In this document: positions 35,677-44,422 of the stretch, in pieces
Layout of the letters: every line of letters starts with the position of its first letter
Numbering within the stretch: position 1 is the first letter of the stretch
NCBI GenBank assembly: GCA_002352465.1
Contig: DEIN01000008.1
Coordinates: forward strand, 64,564-128,563
Reading direction: 5' to 3'
Source: Patescibacteria group bacterium UBA2773
GTDB taxonomy: Bacteria > Patescibacteriota > Minisyncoccia > Moranbacterales > DUUL01
DNA length: 64,000 bases
Made by a program: the position numbers and the translations under genes
The notes under the pieces: generated by a model
Seen by the model: the letters and a program-made list of their open reading frames with translations, nothing else
Database searches by the model: none
Told to the model about the DNA's origin: nothing

Positions 35677-36273
35677 TTATATTATCTTATTCTCCTCCAA
35701 ACAATTTTTAACTTTTTGGAAAATCTTTTCGTGGCCTTGGGCGTTGGGATGAACTCCATCAAAAAGTTCATTTTTCTTTAATAATCCTTGTATTGGAATA
35801 AAAATTATGTTTTTTTCTTGACAAAAAATTTTTATCGCTGTGTCGTATTTTTTCAATTCCTTATTGTAATAATAAAGATTTTCGTTCCATTCAACTGGGG
35901 TGGAATATTTTTCGTCGACATCCAAACAGCCGAGAAAAACAATTTCGGAAGTGAATTTTTCAGATATTTTAAAAATAGCTTCTATGTTTTTTCTAAAGAT
36001 TTTAATCTCAATCCTAGATTCTCCATTTTCAATTCCAGCATCGTTGACACCAATACTAAAAATTATGACCTTTACTTTTCTTAATTTAACCTCGTTTTCA
36101 ATTCTTTCTAACAAATCAAAGCTGGTATCGCCCGAAATACCTAAATTAAAAATTGGCTTGTCTTCATCTTTTCTCAAAGAAAAAAGATTCAGCCTATTCG
36201 CCCAACCACCTTTTTCGAGGTCATAATATCCTTGAGCGATGCTATCTCCGAAAATACAAATTTTTTTAGACAT
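35677..36273 (-). CDS. SGNH/GDSL-family hydrolase
   Basis: Block I IFGDSIAQG, block III GVNDAG, block V DGVHPNAQGH. Confidence 0.75.
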   Translation of the reverse strand: MSKKICIFGDSIAQGYYDLEKGGWANRLNLFSLRKDEDKPIFNLGISGDTSFDLLERIENEVKLRKVKVIIFSIGVNDAGIENGESRIEIKIFRKNIEAIFKISEKFTSEIVFLGCLDVDEKYSTPVEWNENLYYYNKELKKYDTAIKIFCQEKNIIFIPIQGLLKKNELFDGVHPNAQGHEKIFQKVKNCLEENKII

Positions 36274-36429
36274 ACGAAATTTTATAAATAAAATTTAATT
36301 TTCAATTCGCAATTTTCAATTTACATTGAATTTTCAATGATTTAATTTTCAAACTCAAACAAGCGAAGCTTGTCATTGAAAATTTTTAAATTGAAAATTG
36401 ATTAAAAATTGTAAATTGAAAATTGAAAA

Positions 36430-38328
36430 TTACTTCTTAAGTACTTCCAAAAACGCTTGTTGCGGAATTTCTACTCTTCCTGATTGCTTGGCTCGACTTT
36501 TCCCCTTCTTTTGTTTTTCTAAGAGTTTTCGCTTTCGGGTAATATCGCCTCCATACATTCCAGCCGTGACGTCTTTTCTGAAAGGCCTGATGTTTTCTCT
36601 GGCCAAAATTTTTCCACCAATCGCGGCTTGAATCTTGATTAAAAAATTCTGTCGAGGAATAACGTCTTTTAGTTTTTTGACAATTTTGTTTCCAATCGCC
36701 AAAGTATTATCTCGGTGAATAATTTGAGAGAAAGAATCCACTTTTTCATCAGCTACATAGATGTCTAATTTTACCAAATCAGCTGGTTGATAGTCAACAA
36801 ATTCATAGCTGAACGAAGCATAACCTGAAGTGACAGATTTTAAATTGTCATTAAAATTAACAATAATATCGGCCAAGGACGAATTGAAAGACAAAATTAA
36901 TCTTTCAGCATCCAAATATTCAGTGGCAAGATAGTCCGACCGAGTACTTCGCTGAATCAATTCCATTACATCTCCCAAAAACTTAGAAGGCATTAAAACA
37001 TCCAACTTCACTCTAGGCTCTTTTATTTCTTCTATTTGACTAGGATCAGGCAAATCAGCGGCTGAATAAATTTTGAATGTTTCACCAGTGGTTTTCTCAA
37101 TTTCATACACCACGCTAGGAGTGGTTATGACTGGTTCAAAATTAAATTCTCTTGAAAGTCGTTCTTTAATAATTTCTAAGTGCAAAACTCCCAAAAAACC
37201 GATTCGAAACCCTCGCCCCAAGGCTGGAGAACTTTCTCCCTCGAAAACTAAGGCGGCATCATTCAGTTTTAATTTATCCAAAGCGTCTCGCATTTGGTTA
37301 TAGTCTTCTCCTTCAGTTGGATAGAAACTGGCATACATCATGGGTTCAACTTCTTTGTAGCCGGATAATGGCTCCACTTTGTTTTTTTCAAAATCTGCTT
37401 TCGAAGTGACAGTATCTCCTACTCGACATTCATCAACACTTTTAAGTCCTGTTGCAATATAGCCGATGTCTCCGGCTTTTAAAAATTCAGTCGCTTGCAA
37501 ATCGGGAGAGAATTTTCCGACTTCGATGGAGTGGGCTTTTTTGCTACTTCCGATTAAATAGATATCGTCTTCTCTTTTGGTTTTTCCTTCAAAAATTCGA
37601 ACAAATGCCAAAACTCCTTTATATGAATCATATTTAGAATCAAAAATCAAAGCTTTCAAAGGCGCATTTTCTTTTTCTGCTGGAGCGGGAATTCGTTCGA
37701 TTACCGCTTGCATCAAAGCGTCAACACCTTCTCCAGTTTTTCCGCTGACCGCTAGAATTTCTTCTTTTTTACAACCCAATAAATTTATTATTTCAATTTT
37801 AGTTTTTTCTGGATCGGCGTTGGGTAAATCAATTTTATTTACGACTGGAATAATTTCTAAATCTTGTTCAATGGCTTGATAAAGATTGGCTAAAGTTTGA
37901 GCTTGAACACCTTGAGTGCAATCCACTAACAAAATTGCACCCTCAACGGCTTTTAGAGATCTTGAAACTTCGTAGCCGAAGTCCACGTGACCAGGAGTGT
38001 CGATGAGATTCAAGGTGAACTCATCTTTGATTTTGAATTTTGAATTTCGAATGTTCAAATCATTAGTGATTTGAGATTTTGAATTTTGGTTTTGACTTGG
38101 ATTAATTTGAAATAATTTGGATTTTTGATTTTTATAAACATACTTCATCGTCACAGGTTGGAGTTTGATAGTAATTCCTCGTTCTCGTTCCAAATCCATA
38201 GTATCTAAAAGTTGTTCTTTCATATCTCGACCTTCAATCGTTTTGGTCATTTCCAACATTCTATCGGCCAAGGTTGATTTTCCGTGATCGATGTGAGCGA
38301 TTATACAAAAATTTCTGGTTTTGTTCAT
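36430..38328 (-). CDS. lepA: elongation factor 4 (LepA) with ~30-aa low-complexity insertion in the G domain
   Basis: AHIDHGKST, DTPGHVDF, NKID G-motifs; LepA C-terminal domain; insertion YVYKNQKSKLFQINPSQNQNSKSQITNDLNIRNSKFKIK between switch regions. Confidence 0.95.
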   Translation of the reverse strand: MNKTRNFCIIAHIDHGKSTLADRMLEMTKTIEGRDMKEQLLDTMDLERERGITIKLQPVTMKYVYKNQKSKLFQINPSQNQNSKSQITNDLNIRNSKFKIKDEFTLNLIDTPGHVDFGYEVSRSLKAVEGAILLVDCTQGVQAQTLANLYQAIEQDLEIIPVVNKIDLPNADPEKTKIEIINLLGCKKEEILAVSGKTGEGVDALMQAVIERIPAPAEKENAPLKALIFDSKYDSYKGVLAFVRIFEGKTKREDDIYLIGSSKKAHSIEVGKFSPDLQATEFLKAGDIGYIATGLKSVDECRVGDTVTSKADFEKNKVEPLSGYKEVEPMMYASFYPTEGEDYNQMRDALDKLKLNDAALVFEGESSPALGRGFRIGFLGVLHLEIIKERLSREFNFEPVITTPSVVYEIEKTTGETFKIYSAADLPDPSQIEEIKEPRVKLDVLMPSKFLGDVMELIQRSTRSDYLATEYLDAERLILSFNSSLADIIVNFNDNLKSVTSGYASFSYEFVDYQPADLVKLDIYVADEKVDSFSQIIHRDNTLAIGNKIVKKLKDVIPRQNFLIKIQAAIGGKILARENIRPFRKDVTAGMYGGDITRKRKLLEKQKKGKSRAKQSGRVEIPQQAFLEVLKK

Positions 38329-38538
38329 AAAATTCCTTTCAGTTTTTAACTAAGCTTATTATTTTCTTAATCACTTTACCACAACAAAGGGATTTTTCAA
38401 TGGAAAATTTATTGATTTTGGATTAGTTTTTTATAATTGATATGATAAATTTTCAATTTGTTTTGGAAATTAGTGTATGTTATTATTGAGATGTTTAATG
38501 GAATATTTTAAAAAATTTTATTCAAAGGAGGGTTTACC

Positions 38539-38691
38539 ATGTCCGAAAAGACTGAAGAAGCTAAACGACCTAGAAAGTTAAAGAAAAAACGTTGGAATGA
38601 TAAGCTTTTGTTATTAAATGCAAGTTCTGATCATTCCTCGAAAAACATCGAGGCTTTGAAAAGACGAGATGGAGTTTTAATCAGTAGATAA
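38539..38691 (+). CDS. small basic protein (50 aa) with consensus SD AAAGGAGGG
   Basis: Hand-translated MSEKTEEAKRPRKLKKKRWNDKLLLLNASSDHSSKNIEALKRRDGVLISR; strong RBS 7 nt upstream. Confidence 0.35.
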   Translation: MSEKTEEAKRPRKLKKKRWNDKLLLLNASSDHSSKNIEALKRRDGVLISR

Positions 38692-38709
38692 TGCAAAAAG
38701 GAGGTTGAG

Positions 38710-38880
38710 ATGTCTGAAAACAGAATAGAAATCAATAATCCTTTAAGTATCCAGAAAAAGGAAAAAGCATGGAAGGGGAAAACTTTTAACGAAAGATGCA
38801 AAGATGCAAAAAAAATGGTTGACTCACTTAAGAAAAAACCTATTTCAGAAAGGATATGGAGAATGAAATTTGACATTTAA
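38710..38880 (+). CDS. small protein (56 aa) with consensus SD AAAAGGAGG
   Basis: Hand-translated MSENRIEINNPLSIQKKEKAWKGKTFNERCKDAKKMVDSLKKKPISERIWRMKFDI; followed by terminator 38903-38938. Confidence 0.35.
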   Translation: MSENRIEINNPLSIQKKEKAWKGKTFNERCKDAKKMVDSLKKKPISERIWRMKFDI

Positions 38881-38902
38881 AAAAACAGTTAACCATTCCA
38901 AC

Positions 38903-38938
38903 CGGGGAAACGAACCAGTTTCCCCGCTTGATTAATTT
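38903..38938 (+). terminator. Rho-independent terminator (CGGGGAAAC/GTTTCCCCG)
   Basis: 9-bp GC-rich stem followed by CTTGATTAATTT. Confidence 0.55.
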
Positions 38939-39008
38939 AGTAATGTTTATAAAATATAAATTTAAATTAATTCAAATTTTAATATTATATTTTTATTTAA
39001 AATAGATT

Positions 39009-39257
39009 ATGAAAAACAAAATACTACCTCCAACTTATTTTTGGATTATATTATTAGCGTCGATTATTGTTAATTATATTTTTGAAATTAAAACAATAAT
39101 AAAATTTCCTTATAATTTAATTGGCTTTATTCCAATTATTTTTGGTATTGTTATCAATATAATCACCGATAATATTTTTAAAACTGAAAAAACTACGGTT
39201 AAACCAAACATCCTGAAGAAAAAAATCTTGAAAAAATATTTGGCAAAAAATATTTAG
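39009..39257 (+). CDS. small membrane protein
   Basis: ORF track; 2 TM. Confidence 0.35.
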   Translation: MKNKILPPTYFWIILLASIIVNYIFEIKTIIKFPYNLIGFIPIIFGIVINIITDNIFKTEKTTVKPNILKKKILKKYLAKNI

Positions 39258-39327
39258 ATTATAAAAAATCAAAGAAGATGGTTTTAATTTTTGAAAAGAT
39301 ATAAATATAAAATTTAAAAATATAATT

Positions 39328-39498
39328 ATGATCAATATTATAAATTTATTAAAACAAAAAAAGTCTTTTATCTTTTATTTTTTTGGATCTTTTGTTGTTA
39401 TTTTTTTATTTGGCCAATATTTTTTTAATAGCTTGATTCTTCTTTTGATGGTTTGTCTATTTTTTTTTATGTTTTTCACAATTAGTGCCTTTTTTTAA
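39328..39498 (+). CDS. small membrane protein (56 aa), unannotated
   Basis: Hand-translated MINIINLLKQKKSFIFYFFGSFVVIFLFGQYFFNSLILLLMVCLFFFMFFTISAFF. Confidence 0.3.
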   Translation: MINIINLLKQKKSFIFYFFGSFVVIFLFGQYFFNSLILLLMVCLFFFMFFTISAFF

Positions 39499-39507
39499 AA
39501 ATCTAAT

Positions 39508-40023
39508 TTGACTTTATTGTTTGTATTTTTATTAACAATTATTCCGTTACAATTGCCAAGTGCTTATATTACGAAGAAATACTTATTTTCATATCTTTCA
39601 AATCCATTTTATTATTATCTAGTAAATTGGTTACTAATAATTTCATCAGGAATTTTAATTACGATTTTGTATTTTTTAATAAAAAGAACGATAAAATATA
39701 AAAAAATATTTGCTTCATTGTTTTTCGTTTTAATTATCATTATTAATTTATTTGGTACTTATTTTTATATTGTATTAGCAGGAACATTTTACAGCCCGAA
39801 TTATGACGGATGTGGATCAAAATTCAACAAAGCTTTTCTAGAGGGAGCTGAAAATAATGACAATTATTTTTGCTCAAATCTAGAAATATTGATAAATAAA
39901 ACTGATTACCATTCAACCTGGGGTGGTGGTAAATATTGTCGAACTCCTAATAATATTATTATTGAAAAACACAACAAAGAAAAAAATTGTTTCAAAGCAT
40001 TTTCTATGTTTGAACAAAATTAA
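39508..40023 (+). CDS. membrane protein with Cys-rich extracytoplasmic C-terminal domain
   Basis: ORF track; 3 TM then CGSKF...FCSNLE...YCRTP...NCFKAF cysteines. Confidence 0.4.
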   Translation: MTLLFVFLLTIIPLQLPSAYITKKYLFSYLSNPFYYYLVNWLLIISSGILITILYFLIKRTIKYKKIFASLFFVLIIIINLFGTYFYIVLAGTFYSPNYDGCGSKFNKAFLEGAENNDNYFCSNLEILINKTDYHSTWGGGKYCRTPNNIIIEKHNKEKNCFKAFSMFEQN

Positions 40024-40062
40024 TTTATTTATTTAAAACAAAAAACATACTTTAAAAAACAT

Positions 40063-40099
40063 AAAAACGGGTCGGTGTGTTTGAACCGAACCCGTTTTT
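40063..40099. terminator. bidirectional terminator (ACGGGTCGG...CCGAACCCGT flanked by A-run and T-run)
   Basis: Hairpin between convergent 39508..40023(+) and 40105..40470(-). Confidence 0.6.
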
Positions 40100-40104
40100 A
40101 GAAT

Positions 40105-40470
40105 TTACTTGAAAAAAGAATGAGAAATTCGTAGTGCAAAGCCGAATCCTCCAACGATAAAAGTTAAAATTCCGGCGACTGAAGATATTTTAGAGAAAAT
40201 GTCAGTTGTAAGAGTACAAGTTTTTTCTCCACAAAAATATTTATCTTCTTTTCGATAAATTTTAATCATAAATACACCCATAACCATACCAACGGTATAA
40301 ATAAAAAATTCATCAACGAGAAAATCAAAAAGTTTAATACTACCAAAAACATCAAAAGTAAATTTTTGCCAAAAATTTAGCAACATTATTCCAGCAGAAC
40401 GAATACCCAAGCCAAATACTAAAAGGCCTAAAAATGAAACTGTTAGTTTAAAACGATCGTTCATCGTCAT
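40105..40470 (-). CDS. hypothetical 4-TM membrane protein
   Basis: ORF track. Confidence 0.4.
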   Translation of the reverse strand: MTMNDRFKLTVSFLGLLVFGLGIRSAGIMLLNFWQKFTFDVFGSIKLFDFLVDEFFIYTVGMVMGVFMIKIYRKEDKYFCGEKTCTLTTDIFSKISSVAGILTFIVGGFGFALRISHSFFK

Positions 40471-40657
40471 TGAACCTACTCCTTTCTTTTATTATTTTCA
40501 AATAGCTCAAAATCTAATTATAGCTTTTTTAAATAATTTGTCTAGATTTTAGAACATTAAAAATCTATTGAAAAATTATATCGTTTGTTCTAAATTTAAG
40601 TTGTATTCAAAAAGTATTCTCCTAAAATATAATCATATTCCAAAAAAGGAGCTTAAT

Positions 40658-40858
40658 ATGTCTAATTTTGAAAAAATTTCCGAAATATTAGCCGATAATA
40701 TGAGAAATTTGGAAAATAGTATGGGATTTGCCTGCCATCAATCAACAATAAAAATTATTCGTGTTGTTGACGAATGGGGACGAATAACTTTTGATAAAAT
40801 TACATTAATCAAAAATATTCCAATTTGGAAAGGAAAAGTAAATGATTTCAAAAATTGA
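40658..40858 (+). CDS. small hypothetical protein (66 aa; start adjusted to MSNFEK with AAAAGGAG SD)
   Basis: SD 8 nt upstream of ATG; hairpin GGGACAGC/GCTGTCCC downstream. Confidence 0.35.
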   Translation: MSNFEKISEILADNMRNLENSMGFACHQSTIKIIRVVDEWGRITFDKITLIKNIPIWKGKVNDFKN

Positions 40859-40978
40859 ATCAAATTTTTCAGGGACAGCTATAAATTTCGCTGTCCCTTA
40901 AATTCTGCTTAATTTTGACCTAAAAATTTTCTTAAATTATCGTTAAGACAATTAAATAATTATTAATATTAAAACAAA

Positions 40979-41224
40979 ATGAACAAAAATAAATATTGGT
41001 TTAAACCGAAAAAATATGGTTATGACTTCACTCCGATTTCTTGGGAAAGTTAGATTTTAACTTTAATTTTTGTGACTTTAATTTTTATTTCAGCTTATGC
41101 TAATAATGTTTTTTAGCCTTTCATTAAATTAAAAAACGGTTGTCGATTTTTGTTGGATATAATTATTTTGACTTCTCTGTTTTCTTTGATTTCAAAAAAC
41201 AGATTAAGAAACGGCTTAGCTTGA
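40979..41224 (+). pseudogene. small membrane protein gene (MNKNKYWFKPKKYGY...) interrupted by two in-frame TAG codons
   Basis: Hand translation: MNKNKYWFKPKKYGYDFTPISWES*ILTLIFVTLIFISAYANNVF*PFIKLKNGCRFLLDIIILTSLFSLISKNRLRNGLA*; no frameshift. Confidence 0.4.
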
Positions 41225-41383
41225 AGCTGGGAAAACAAAAAATAAGATTTAATTTTTCTACCATTCTTCAGTAAATAGTAGAAAATAATTTTATTTTATT
41301 TGTCGAAAAAGTGAACAAAAAATATTTTAAAAGCGGACTCATTTTTTACAAGCCCGCTTTTCTTTTGATTTTTTTATCAATTT

Positions 41384-41695
41384 TTATCCAAATTGATTCC
41401 CGATTTCGATGAAATCAACCTCGAGTGCACCAGTTGGAATCTCTAGTCGAGGTTTTTCTCCTTCGGCTATCCAATAACAATCGGCGCTCAATCCACCATT
41501 AACCATAAAAACTGTTTCCAGTAAAATACCGTCTTTGTTATAACGAGTTTTTTCAAAACCCTGCATAATTATAACCGAACGATATACGCCACCATCTTTC
41601 GAAAAAAGCATAAATGGTACTTTACTTTTCAATTCATCTTTATCAAATTGTCCCATTAAAAATGATTGAACTGGATTTATTCCCTTTGTTTCCAT
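41384..41695 (-). CDS. hypothetical small protein, paralog of adjacent gene
   Basis: Shares LLE(T/I)VF...G..AD.YW(I/L).EG..PR core with 41728..42045; strong SD AAAGGAG. Confidence 0.5.
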   Translation of the reverse strand: METKGINPVQSFLMGQFDKDELKSKVPFMLFSKDGGVYRSVIIMQGFEKTRYNKDGILLETVFMVNGGLSADCYWIAEGEKPRLEIPTGALEVDFIEIGNQFG

Positions 41696-41727
41696 AATCT
41701 TACTCCTTTGATTTAAACAATCTTTTT

Positions 41728-42045
41728 TTAACTTAATATATTTTCTTTAATTTTAATCCTATCAATCCATAATGGTTTATAATAAGAACGAAATTTAATT
41801 CGAGGCAATTGACCTTCTGTCAACCAATAAAAATCAGCATCATAAACACCATGAGTTGAAAAAACAATCTCCAGAAGTTCTCCATTTGGTCCTTGCTCAA
41901 ATTTTACCGAATCACTGTTAACGATAACTGAATTATATAAAGCGTGACCAGAAACGATGCTTAAATATGTTGAATAACCAAAATTATTCTTTAGAAAAAT
42001 CTGAGTTAAAACTGCTTGAACTTCATTTGATTTTTTCATAGTCAA
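41728..42045 (-). CDS. hypothetical small protein, tandem paralog
   Basis: Strong SD AAAGGGAGGAA; similarity to 41384..41695. Confidence 0.5.
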   Translation of the reverse strand: MTMKKSNEVQAVLTQIFLKNNFGYSTYLSIVSGHALYNSVIVNSDSVKFEQGPNGELLEIVFSTHGVYDADFYWLTEGQLPRIKFRSYYKPLWIDRIKIKENILS

Positions 42046-42307
42046 TTCCTCCCTTTAAAATTGAAAAAATAGTTATTTTTGTCAAAGTTCTTTAACTTGA
42101 TAAAAAATTCTAGAATTTAAAAATGTTTTTGTCAACTAACTAAATAATTTTTAATTATTCATTCTTTCTGTTATTCTTAATGTAATAATAAAATTTTTAG
42201 ACTTGATTCAATTTTTGAATTAGATTTTATTGAGATCAAAAAAAATAAAATTCTCTATTTTTATCTAATTCTTTGCTTAATAATATTTTTTAATTTTAAA
42301 AAATAAT

Positions 42308-42835
42308 ATGAAAAAAATCATTGTTAGTTCAAAAAATCCAGTTAAATTGGAAGCTTCCAGAAAAGGTTTTGAAAAAATGTTTCCTGAAGATAAATTTGAA
42401 TTTGTCAGCCTAGACTCATCTTCTGAAGTTCCCGACTAACCAATAGGAAATGAATAAACTTTTCAAGGCGCTCAAAATAGAATCAAAAACGCTCAAAGAG
42501 AAATTCCAAACGCTGATTTTTATATTGGAATTGAGGGTGGAATAAATTTAAAAGAAAAAGACACGGAAATTTTTGCTTGGATAATAATTGAATCAAAAAA
42601 TCAAATTGGAAAATCCAGAACTGCGACTTTTTATCTTCCAGAAAAAATGAATAAATTTTTAAAAAAAGGCGAGGAAGTTGGAATTGTGACGGATTTAGTT
42701 TTCAAAACTAATAATTCGAAGCAGAAAGGTGGCGCAGTCGGAATTTTAACCGATGGCATTGTTAATCGAACTAAATGTTATGAAGATTCAGTTGTTTTAG
42801 CCCTGATTCCGTTTAAAAATTCAGATTTATATTAA
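42308..42835 (+). pseudogene. inosine/xanthosine triphosphatase (YjjX/Maf-Ham1-like) with two in-frame TAA codons
   Basis: Hand translation aligns along its length with E. coli YjjX (SSEVPD*PIGNE*TFQGAQNR vs [33 protein letters not shown]); stops replace conserved Q and E codons. Confidence 0.6.
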
Positions 42836-42920
42836 TAGTACCATTTCCAATCATAAACCAAAATATCCAATTCAAATTTACGTAATTAATTACGTAAACG
42901 ATTACGTAATCCAAAAAAAA

Positions 42921-43796
42921 TTATACTTTATTTTTTAAATATTCAGCTAAAGCTTCGGTATAATTTCGAAGTTTTGGAAAACGAGTATTTTGCAAGATTG
43001 AAGACATTGGACGTTTGGCTGGCCGAGGAAATTTGTCACTACCGACTGGATTAACTTTGATTTCAATATTCTGAATCTTGAATAATTCGATAACACTCTC
43101 GTACCAGCTGACAGCTCCATCATTAACAATATGATAAATTCCCGAATTATAGTTTTTCTTTAAAATAGTTTTTGTCGCTTGGGCTAAATCGAAAGTATAA
43201 GTAAAACAACTCCATTCTTCATTGACTACATCCAACTGATCTTTAGTTTTTGCCAAATTCAGCATCACATCAAAAAAGCTTGCTTTAGCAAATTCGCTTT
43301 CGCCTTTTGGTCCAAATAACTTTGAAGTTCTGATGAGGAAATATTTTAAGTTTTTATTCTTTACTTTTATTCGAGCGATTTCTTTTTCTCCAGCATATTT
43401 TGTTTCTCCGTAGCTTTGAATTGGACTAGGGCTATCTTTTTCGTTGTAGAATTTTTGGTCGACCTCTCCGCCAAAAACATAGTCAGTGGAAAAATGAACT
43501 AATTTTGCTTTTATTCCAACGGCAATTTGAGCTAAATTTTTAGGTAAATCTCGATTCAATTTATAAGCTAAATCCAATTCTTTGATATCTTCTTCACAAG
43601 CATCAACATTGTTATAGGCCACTGCATTGATAATAATTTCCGGCTTCTCCGCTCTGATTTTTTTCGCCAATTTTTCAAAATTCAGAAAATCTAGTTCTTC
43701 TCTATCCCAAGCCAAAACTTGATAATTGTTCTGAAAAACTTTTACTAACTGTGTTCCTAAGTTCCCTTTTGCTCCCAAAATTAAAACTTTTTTCAT
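42921..43796 (-). CDS. rmlD: dTDP-4-dehydrorhamnose reductase
   Basis: N-terminal Rossmann VLILGAKGNLG; RmlD length 291 aa; cluster with rmlB/rmlC. Confidence 0.85.
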   Translation of the reverse strand: MKKVLILGAKGNLGTQLVKVFQNNYQVLAWDREELDFLNFEKLAKKIRAEKPEIIINAVAYNNVDACEEDIKELDLAYKLNRDLPKNLAQIAVGIKAKLVHFSTDYVFGGEVDQKFYNEKDSPSPIQSYGETKYAGEKEIARIKVKNKNLKYFLIRTSKLFGPKGESEFAKASFFDVMLNLAKTKDQLDVVNEEWSCFTYTFDLAQATKTILKKNYNSGIYHIVNDGAVSWYESVIELFKIQNIEIKVNPVGSDKFPRPAKRPMSSILQNTRFPKLRNYTEALAEYLKNKV

Positions 43797-43853
43797 ATTA
43801 TTTTATTAAGTTAAAATTATTATTTAATATTTATACTTTAATAAGTATTTTTT

Positions 43854-43881
43854 TAATCCCATTAACTGAACAATGGGATTA
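43854..43881. promoter_or_regulatory. 28-bp palindrome TAATCCCATTAACTGAACAATGGGATTA upstream of rmlD (candidate operator)
   Basis: 10-bp perfect arms; second near-identical copy at 44317-44344. Confidence 0.45.
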
Positions 43882-43890
43882 TAAATATTT

Positions 43891-44307
43891 TTATTTTTTA
43901 AATTTATCTAATAAATTAAAAATAAGGAAATGAGCTGGATATTTCTTCTTTATCGCCTCCCACTCATTAGTAGGAATAACCTTTTTTCTCTTTTTTTGGC
44001 TTTCTGCTTTTTTTAGCTCTTCCATATATCCGCCAAAACCACTATACAACCATTTATTAACATTATTAACCGTGCTAGAACCAACTTTCAATTTTTTCTT
44101 AATATCATCATAACCGAATCCCTCTAACAGCATTTTTGCAATTTCAATTCGATAAGCAATCATGATTGATTCACCTGGAGTCAATAGGTCTTTTAAAAAT
44201 TTTTGAGCATTTTCCTTGTTCTTAATTTGAGATATTATTTGATAAAAATTTCCCAAAAGTTGAGCTCTAATTTTTGGTTCTATTTCATGAAATTTCTTTT
44301 TTGACAT
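43891..44307 (-). CDS. TrpR-like YerC/YecD family DNA-binding protein (start probably at MSKKKF)
   Basis: LLTPGESIMIAYRIEIAKMLLEGFGYDDI...GSSTVNNVNKWL matches YerC/YecD TrpR-like fold; ORF-track ATG lies inside the palindrome. Confidence 0.65.
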   Translation of the reverse strand: MSKKKFHEIEPKIRAQLLGNFYQIISQIKNKENAQKFLKDLLTPGESIMIAYRIEIAKMLLEGFGYDDIKKKLKVGSSTVNNVNKWLYSGFGGYMEELKKAESQKKRKKVIPTNEWEAIKKKYPAHFLIFNLLDKFKK

Positions 44308-44316
44308 TTTTTTTGA

Positions 44317-44344
44317 TAATCCCATTGACTGAACAATGGGATTA
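44317..44344. promoter_or_regulatory. 28-bp palindrome TAATCCCATTGACTGAACAATGGGATTA overlapping yerC-like start region
   Basis: Perfect 10-bp arms, same sequence as 43854-43881. Confidence 0.45.
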
Positions 44345-44422
44345 ATTTTAATTTTTAATTTTGATTCTTTTGTTTTTATTGTTTATTATTTTTTTATTCT
44401 TTATTGTATATCATATCTTTTT

